DNA from: a bacterium
GTDB taxonomy: Bacteria > Patescibacteriota > Dojkabacteria > SC72
DNA length: 33,851 nucleotides
Reading direction: 5' to 3'
Assembly (NCBI GenBank): GCA_017958745.1
Contig: JAGDCC010000031.1
Span: 1-33,851 of the forward strand
The notes under the pieces are model-generated. The model did no database searches and had not been told where the DNA came from. It saw only the letters and a program-made list of their open reading frames with translations. How positions within the stretch are numbered: the stretch's first letter is position 1; each line of letters starts with the position of its first letter. The position numbers were made by a program, and so were the translations under genes. Positions 1 through 9,000 of the stretch are shown here, in pieces.

Positions 1-1
1 A

Positions 2-3000
2 ATAACACTAAGTGCAGCAAGTGGTAGAGTCTTAGTGGATAATACAAATAATTTTATAGCCACAGTTAGCTCTGGTGGCTCAGCAACAGTAACAGGAACA
101 TTGTCTGTAGTAAGTAGTGACACAACTAAGGTAACAGTATCTCCAGCAAGTTCTAATATAACCGCAAATACATCTGGGGTCGCAACAACGGAAACAATAA
201 CAGGTATTGCAGAAGGTGATAGTACAATAACAGTAAGTTTTACTCCAGCAGATACAAGCAACTTTAATAGTGCTGTTAATAAGATTTATCCTGTTGTAGT
301 AACAGTTCCAACCTTGGCAGAGAAGATAATAATGGATGATTATGGTGATGATAATTACAATGCTGCGGTAACAGCAATAAATAATAAGTCTGCAAGAGAT
401 TTTAAAACAACAGCCACAACAGATGAGGGATTACATGCAATAGCAGATTATTCCAGTATAAGTAGTACAACATTAGACGGAACAAGTTATTATTTTAGAG
501 GTGCGGCAGATGATAACTGGGTAAGCTTTGCAGGATATCTTTGGAGAGTCGTAAGAATAAATGGAGATGGAAGTGTAAGAATGATTTATAGTGGAACAAC
601 TAGTAACCATACGGGAACAGACACTTGGATTGGTACATCTTCTTATAATGTTGATGGGCTTGATTCAAAATTCGTAGGATATACATACGATACAGATACT
701 GCAAGCACAGTAAAAAGAGAGATAGATGCTTGGTATGAGAACAATCTGAAAGAAGAATATGAAAGTTACCTTGCCGATGAAATCTTCTGTAATGATAAAA
801 GTATTAGTTTAGAAAGGTCTGGAGAGTACGATACAATTTATATGGCAAATGAAAGATTGAGTAATAGTTATGCTCCTACTTTGCAATGCGTAAATCAATC
901 GGATAGATATACATTAAAGGCACAATTTGGAGAAAGTAGTATATCTGGAGTAAGCGGAGCTGGTAATAATATGCTCCGTTATCCAATAGGATTGTTAACA
1001 GCAGATGAAGTATCTCTAGCAGGTGGCTTGTATGGTATGTATAATAATGATTACTATCTCTATACATCCGATGATTCTTTTTGGCTAGGATCTCCATGGC
1101 AATATAGTCCTAATGAGACATATATATATAGTTTTATGTTTTCTGTTGGATATTATTTTGAATATAGTTCTGTCTCGTACCATGGTGATTATAATGATTT
1201 GACAACAAGAGGTATTCGTCCAGTAATAAACCTAAAGCCAAGTGTGGAGTATTATAGTGGTAGTGGTACGGAAAATGATCCATATATAATAAAAGAAATT
1301 CCAACACCAACAATAACATTAAGTGCAACAGAGAATGCAATTCTTCTTGGTGGTACAACATCATTTGTTGCAACAGTAAATAGTGGAACAGTCAGTAGTA
1401 TTCCAGGTACATTAACAGTAAGAAGCTTAGATACAAGTGTAGCAACAGTAAGTCCTGCAAGTAGTAGTGTAACTGCAACAACAAGTGGTGTATCTACATC
1501 CATTACTGTGAATGGAGTTGGAGGAGGAATCAGTCGTATATTATTAGAATTTACACCAACAGATACAGCAACATATGGTGTATCCTCTAAGATATATACG
1601 ATATCTGTAAATCCATGTTTATCAGGAGATACATTAGCAAATTGTTTGATATACGCAGATTATGGAACCAGAAATTATAGTACTGCAACAACGACAATAA
1701 ACAATAAAACAGCAATAGTTTTTAGAGATCCCGCAACAACAGATGAGGGTCTGCATGCAATAGCAGATTACTCAAGTGTAAGTAGTACGACATTAGATGG
1801 AACAAGCTACTATTATAGAGGAGCAGTAGAAGATAACTGGGTAAGTTTTGCAGGATATTTATGGAGAGTAGTAAGAATCAATGGCGATGGTAGTGTAAGA
1901 CTGATTTACAGTGGAACAACAAGTAACCATACAGGAGTTGATACACAAATAGGTACATCTCCTTATAATGTTGATGGGCTTGATTCAAAATTTGTCGGAT
2001 ATATGTATGATACAACTGTAAATAGTACAATAAAGGGAGTTATAGATACTTGGTATGAGAATAACCTTAAGGCAGAATATGAAGGATACCTATCTAATGA
2101 AATATTTTGCAATGATAGAAGTATTGCTGGCTATGATTATACGAATAACTTTTCTTATAATACAGAACACAGATTAATCCAGTACGATTACTATAATCAT
2201 ATATACCCGACTCTACAATGTGAGAATCAATCAGATAGATATACGTTAAAGGTTCAATCAGAATATAGTGGGATTGCTGGAGTAAGTGGAGCAGGTAATA
2301 ATTTACTTGACTATCCAATAGGTTTGTTGACAGCGGATGAAGCAACTTTGTCTGGGGTTAGTATTGTAGGTCATAATTATCACGGTTATCTTTCTACTGG
2401 GCAATTATATTGGACTAGTAGTCCATCATATGGGTCATCATATTCACATGTTTTGTTTGTTTCAACATTTGGTCTAGGAAATAAAGAACCTTTAAGTAAC
2501 AACTATGGAGTTCGTCCTGTTATCAATCTAAAATCAGGCGTAAAGTATGCAAGTGGTAACGGTACAGAAACTAATCCGTATGTAATAGAGTTAGAGCCAA
2601 CGATTTCTTTGAGTGAATATAAAGGTTCTGTCGCGCCAAGTGATACACTAACATTTACTGCGACAGTATACTCAGGAGATACATCTAGTATTCCAGGAAC
2701 GTTTACAGTAAGCAGTAGTGATACAAGTAAAGCAACAGTAAGCCCAGCAACTAGTAGTATAACAGCCATCCCAAGTGGAACATCAGTAACAGTAACAGTT
2801 ACAGGAGTCGCATCTGGAAGTAGCACAATAACAGTGGGCTTTACACCAACAGATACAACAACCTACAGTACACCAGAATCTAGGGTATATACGGTAACTA
2901 CGAGAAATGATTATACAGTTACATTTAATGGGAATGGGGGAACATTTGCAAACAATGCAAATACAAATACTTTAGTATATCCATTAGGTTATTTAACATT

Positions 3001-6000
3001 ATCAAATGATACAGTAACCAAATATTCTCACACATCTAATGTAGATGATACTGGATTAAAAACATCTAATTATGGAAATAACTGGACAAATGCAAATATA
3101 ACGGGAACAGATAGAGGAGATACAACTAAGGCTCATGTAGTAACTATACCAGGAGCAAGATCATTAACTGTGGAAATATATTACAATGGACAAGGAACAT
3201 CTTATGATTGGGTAACAGTCTGGGCAGGAAGTCATCCAGATTATACTGCAGGATCTAACTATACTTCTGGAATATCTGGTGGTACTAGGTTAGGAGGTAG
3301 TCAGAGTGGAAGTTATACAGTAAATGGCAATTCTCTTACAAACATGGGGCATAGTACATTTACAATACATGGAGACACAGTAACGTTTGGATTCAAATCT
3401 AATGCAAGTAATGTTGGACAAGGTTATGGATATTATGCAATTATAACCAACAATGGACCGATAGAATCTGTTACATATACAGGAACATATGAGGAGCCAA
3501 CTAAATCTGGGTATGATTTTGTTGGGTGGTTGTCTTCTGCTGATGGAAATGTATACAACAATTTGAGTGGAGAATCTTTAAGACCAGATGATGATATTAC
3601 GTATACAGCACAATGGGGACATTATGTGGCAATACCTACGAATTCTTATTGCCGTTCTGGATTGTCATATACGGGTAGCAGTCAGATTTTAACTAATGCA
3701 CCAGGGACTGGTTATAGTTTTAGCGGTAATAGTGCAATCGATTCTGGTTATCATATAGTGACAGCTATATTAGATACAGATTATGTATGGGAAGATAATA
3801 CTCGTGACAATAAAGGGATAAGGTGTAATATCTACAAGATATATCCAGTGTTAACTTTGGGTGCTACAAGTGGAAGTGTTGTAGAGGGAAATACATCAAC
3901 ATTTACAGCGATAGTAACAAGTGATGTCGCTTCTGCTGGGACATTGTCTGTTGTTAGTGATTCTACTGATGTTGTGACAGTTTCTCCAACAAGTAGTAGC
4001 ATAACCGCTACTACAGCTGGTACTTCTGTTACAGAGACAATAACTGGTGTGTCTAGAAAGGGTCAGGGTACGATAACTGTAGATTTTATTCCAACAGATA
4101 TTGTTAACTTTTCTCGACCGCAAAAGATGTATTATTCAGCCTTTGTGGAAGGTGTAAACCAATGTTTATCTGGAGATACATTGGCAGATTGTTTAGTTTA
4201 TAATGATTATGGTGGGAGAAATTATAGTAATGCTATAGCAAACATAAATAATAAAGCACCTTCTGATTTTACATCTATTTCTACAACATACGAAGGACTT
4301 AAGGCAATAGAGGATTATTCTAGTGTGAGTGGTACAACATTAGATGGAACAAGCTATTACTACAGGGGAGATATAAGGGATAACTGGGTAAGCTTTGGAG
4401 GTTTCTTATGGAGAGTAGTTAGAATAAACGGAGATGGAAGTGTAAGGCTAATCTATAGTGGAACAAGTAGTAATCATACTGGAACTGGTACGCGAATAGG
4501 AACATCTGCATTCGGTAGTGATTCTAACGATCCAAAGTATGTTGGGTACACGTATGATGACAATGAAGATAGTGTTATAAAGGGAGTGGTTGATACTTGG
4601 TATGAGAGTAATCTTATGGAGAATTATGAAAGTTATTTATCTAATGAAATATTTTGTAATGATAGAAGTGTAGATGATAACAGTTTCGGTGCGTTTAAAA
4701 GAATATTTTACAATAGCGCGCCAAGTCTTGTATGTGTAAACCAAGCTGATAAATATACGTTGAAGTTATCTGGGAATAGCTATGTTTCTGGTATTAACGG
4801 AGCTGGTAACAACTTGCTTAATTATCCAATAGGCCTTCTAACAGCAGATGAGGCTGCGATAGCTGGTAGTGGTAATTACTACGGTTATATCAATGACACT
4901 TATTATTTATATACAGGACAAACATATTGGCTAGGCTCGCCTTCCTATATTTCTTCTTCTTATTTGGGTTCAACGGTGACATCTAGTGGTTACTTAGATG
5001 CTGTTAGTGTTAGTAATACGAGTTATAATATAGGTGTTCGTCCAGTAATAAACCTTAAATCTAGTGTAGAATATTATGGTGGTAGCGGTTCTGAGAATAA
5101 TCCTTATGTTATTAAAGAACTTCCTACTCCAGTATTGACTTTAAGTTCTGCTCAAGGAACAGTTATTCAGGGTAATACAACTACATTCACAGCAACGGTT
5201 GCATCAGGTAGTTCTTCTAATATTCCTGGAACATTGGTAGTGAAAAATACGGATGCAAGTATAGCTACTGTAAGTCCAGCAAGTACAAATGTAACTGCAA
5301 CAGTATCTGGAGTCGCTACAACAATTACTCTTAGTGGTGTTAATATGGGAAGTAGTAAAATAATTGTAGAATTTATACCAACAGATACAACTACATATGC
5401 TGTTTCATCGAAGATTTATAACTTGACTGTTGCTCCATGTACAGCTGGAGATACATTAGCTAATTGCTTGATTTATTCAGACTCTGGGACAAGAAATTAT
5501 AGTGATGCTACAGCAGCCATAAGCAATAAAACTGCAAGGGATTTCAACACGACAGCAACAACAGATGAAGGGTTACATGCCATAGCAGATTACTCAAGTG
5601 TAAGTAGCACAACCTTAGATGGAACAAGCTACTATTATAGAGGAGCAGTAGAAGATAACTGGGTAAGTTTTGCAGGATATCTATGGAGAGTAGTAAGAAT
5701 CAATGGAGATGGTAGTGTTAGAATGATATATAGTGGGACGACTAGTAATCATGCTGGAACAGGTACACAGATAGGAACGTCATCATTTGATGATAGTATT
5801 TATGATCAGAAACATATCAATTATGTACATGATACAGATACGGTTATAAAAGAAAATATTGATACTTGGTATGAGAATAATCTTAAAGATAATTATGAAA
5901 GCTATTTGTCTAATGAAATCTTTTGTAATGATACTAGTATAGGTTCTATTGTTACTGCTGATAGTTATTATTACTTTGGTGCATACTCTAGACTTTATGA

Positions 6001-9000
6001 AAATAAAGCTCCAAGTCTAGTATGTACAAACCAATCAGATAGGTATACGTTAAAGAATATCGGTATCAGTAGTATACAGGGGGTAAGTGGAGATGGTAAT
6101 AATAGACTCAATTATCCAATTGGCTTATTGACAGCAGATGAAGTATCTTTAGCAGGTGGTAAATACAATACATCAAACAATAATTATTATCTTTATTCTG
6201 GGCAGTATTATTGGTTAAGTTCTCCACATAATGTTAGGTATGATTCACAATCTAATACTGCTAATATGTTTTATACATCTACTTATGGGAGTATTTCTTA
6301 TTATGAGTTGCGGGCATCTGGTATCGGTATTAGACCAGTTGTGAATTTAAAGCCATCTATTAAGTATGTTAGTGGTACTGGTACCGTAAGTGATCCATAC
6401 GAGATAGAGAGTATTAATACTTCTACAATGATGTTGAGTGCAACGGAAGGTTCTGTTATGACTGGCAATACAACATCTTTTGTTGCAACTGTAACTTCTG
6501 GTAGTACATCTAATATTTCAGGAACATTACTTGTTAGAAGTGAAGATACTAGTAAAGCAACTGTAAGTCCAGCTAGTAGTAATATAACAGCAACTCCATC
6601 TGGTGTGTCTACAACAATAACTGCTACAGCAGCAGAAGCAGGAGTAAGTAAAATAACTGTATTCTTTATACCTACAGATACTACATACGGAGTTTCATCT
6701 AAGACTTATACTTTAACAGTAGTCCCTTGTACTTCTGGAGATACTTTAGCTAATTGTTTAGTATATGCTGATACAGGAACAAGAAATTACAGTAATGCTG
6801 TAACAGCAATAAATAATAAATCTGCAAGAGATTTCTCTACAACAGCAACAACAGATGAAGGATTACATGCAGCAGCAGATTATTCTAGTATAAGTAGTAC
6901 AACCTTAGATGGAACAAGTTACTATTATAGAGGAAGTGTTCAGGATAACTGGGTAAGTTTTGCAGGCTATTACTGGAGAGTAGTGAGAATAAATGGAGAT
7001 GGTAGTATAAGACTAATCTACAGTGGAACAAGTAGTGATCATGGTGGAAGCTATACAAGCATATCTGATGCATCATTTAGTTCCGCATCTGAAATTTATT
7101 ATATGTCTGGTAGTGCAGATAGTTCAATAAAGAAAGGTCTTGATAGGTGGTATAAGAACAATATTAATACTATTTATGAAAATTATCTATCTAATCAAAT
7201 GTTCTGTTTTGACAAAGAAATAGATAGCATTTCTGGTTATTATACATATTATGGCGCGTATTCAAGATTAGTAACGAACAAAACTCCTAGTCTTGGATGT
7301 CCTAATAAGGAGGATATGTATACGTTAAGGGAGATAGGTCCGAGCATTGTTTTAGGTTCAAATGGAGCTGGTAATAATAAATTAGATTATCCAATAGGTT
7401 TGTTGACTGCGGATGAAGCAGCTTTAGCAGGTGGTGTTTATGATGTTGTTAATAATAGTTTTTACCTCTATGCTGAGAATAGGGATTATTGGCTCGGTTC
7501 ACCTTTTTATAAAAATTCAAATGTTACAACTGGTTTTGAGTTTTATATGAAAGATAGCTCATCTGGAACTGGTGATGCAGGAAAATTATTTGCAACTCAA
7601 AGCTCTGTTTCCCATATTGGTTTTCGTCCAGTAATTAATTTAAAAGCTAGTGTCAAGTATAATGGTGGTATAGGAACAGAAAGTGACCCATATGTAGTAA
7701 AACAAGAGCCTGCATTATTGTTGAGCTCCTCTATTGGTGGTGTGTATCCAAATGATACAACAACTTTTACTGCGAAAGTCTATTCAGGCGGAGAATCTGA
7801 TATCTCTGGTTTATTAACAGTAAGTAGTAGTGATACAAGTAAAGCAACTGTAACACCAGCGAGTAGCAATGTGACAGCAATACCAGGAGGAACGGAGGTT
7901 ACAATAACAATAACAGGAGTGGCATTAGGAAGTAGTACAATAACTGTAACCTTTACACCTACTGATACAAACTATGATGCAGTTTCTAAGATATACACAG
8001 TAACAACGAGAAATAATTATACGATAGACTTTGATGCGAATGGAGGAACATTTACTAATAGTAATACTACAAACACAATAGTGTATCCGACAGATTACTT
8101 AACGATATCACAAAGTAATGTAACTAAGTATTCTCATACGTCTAATGTAGATGATACAGGGTTACGAACATCTAATTTTGGAAATAACTGGACAAATGCA
8201 AATATAACGGGAACAGACAGAGGGGATACTAGCAAAGCTCATGTAGTAACAATATCAGGAGCGAGTTTCTTGACAGTAGATATTTATTACAGTGGTGATG
8301 ATGGTGACTGGGCAACAATATGGGCTGGGAGTCATCCAGATTACACAGCCGCGAATAATTATACTTCTAGTATAATTGGTGGAGCTCAGCTTGGAGGATA
8401 TCAAGGTGGGTCTTATACAGTGAATGGTAATTCCTTAACAAGTATGGGATATAGTCAATTCATAATAAGTGGTGATACTGTAACATTTGGGTTTAAATCT
8501 GATTCAAGCGGAGGATGGTATGGGTATTATGCTGTTATAACAGGAACATTTGAATCCATTACATATACTGGTACATATGAAGAACCAACAAAAGCAGGAT
8601 ATGAATTTCTTGGTTGGTTATCTTCTGAAGATGGAAACATATATCATGACATAAGTGGAGAATCCTTAAGACCAGATGAAGATGTTACATACACGGCACA
8701 ATGGGGACATTATATAGCAATTCCAACTGCAACTAATTACTGTAAATCAGGTTTAGCATATACAGGTAGTAGTCAAATCCTAACTAATACACCCGCAACT
8801 GGTTACACATTTAGTGGTAATACAGGAATTAATGCAGGTAGTTATGAAGTAACTGCTAGTTTAGATACGGATTATGTATGGATAGATGATAGCAGAGGAA
8901 CTAAGACATTTAGTTGTAGTATAGGTAAGGTAACTCCGACAATATCATTAAGTTCAACATCTGGTGGAGTCGAAGTTGGTAGCACAAGTACATTTACAGC

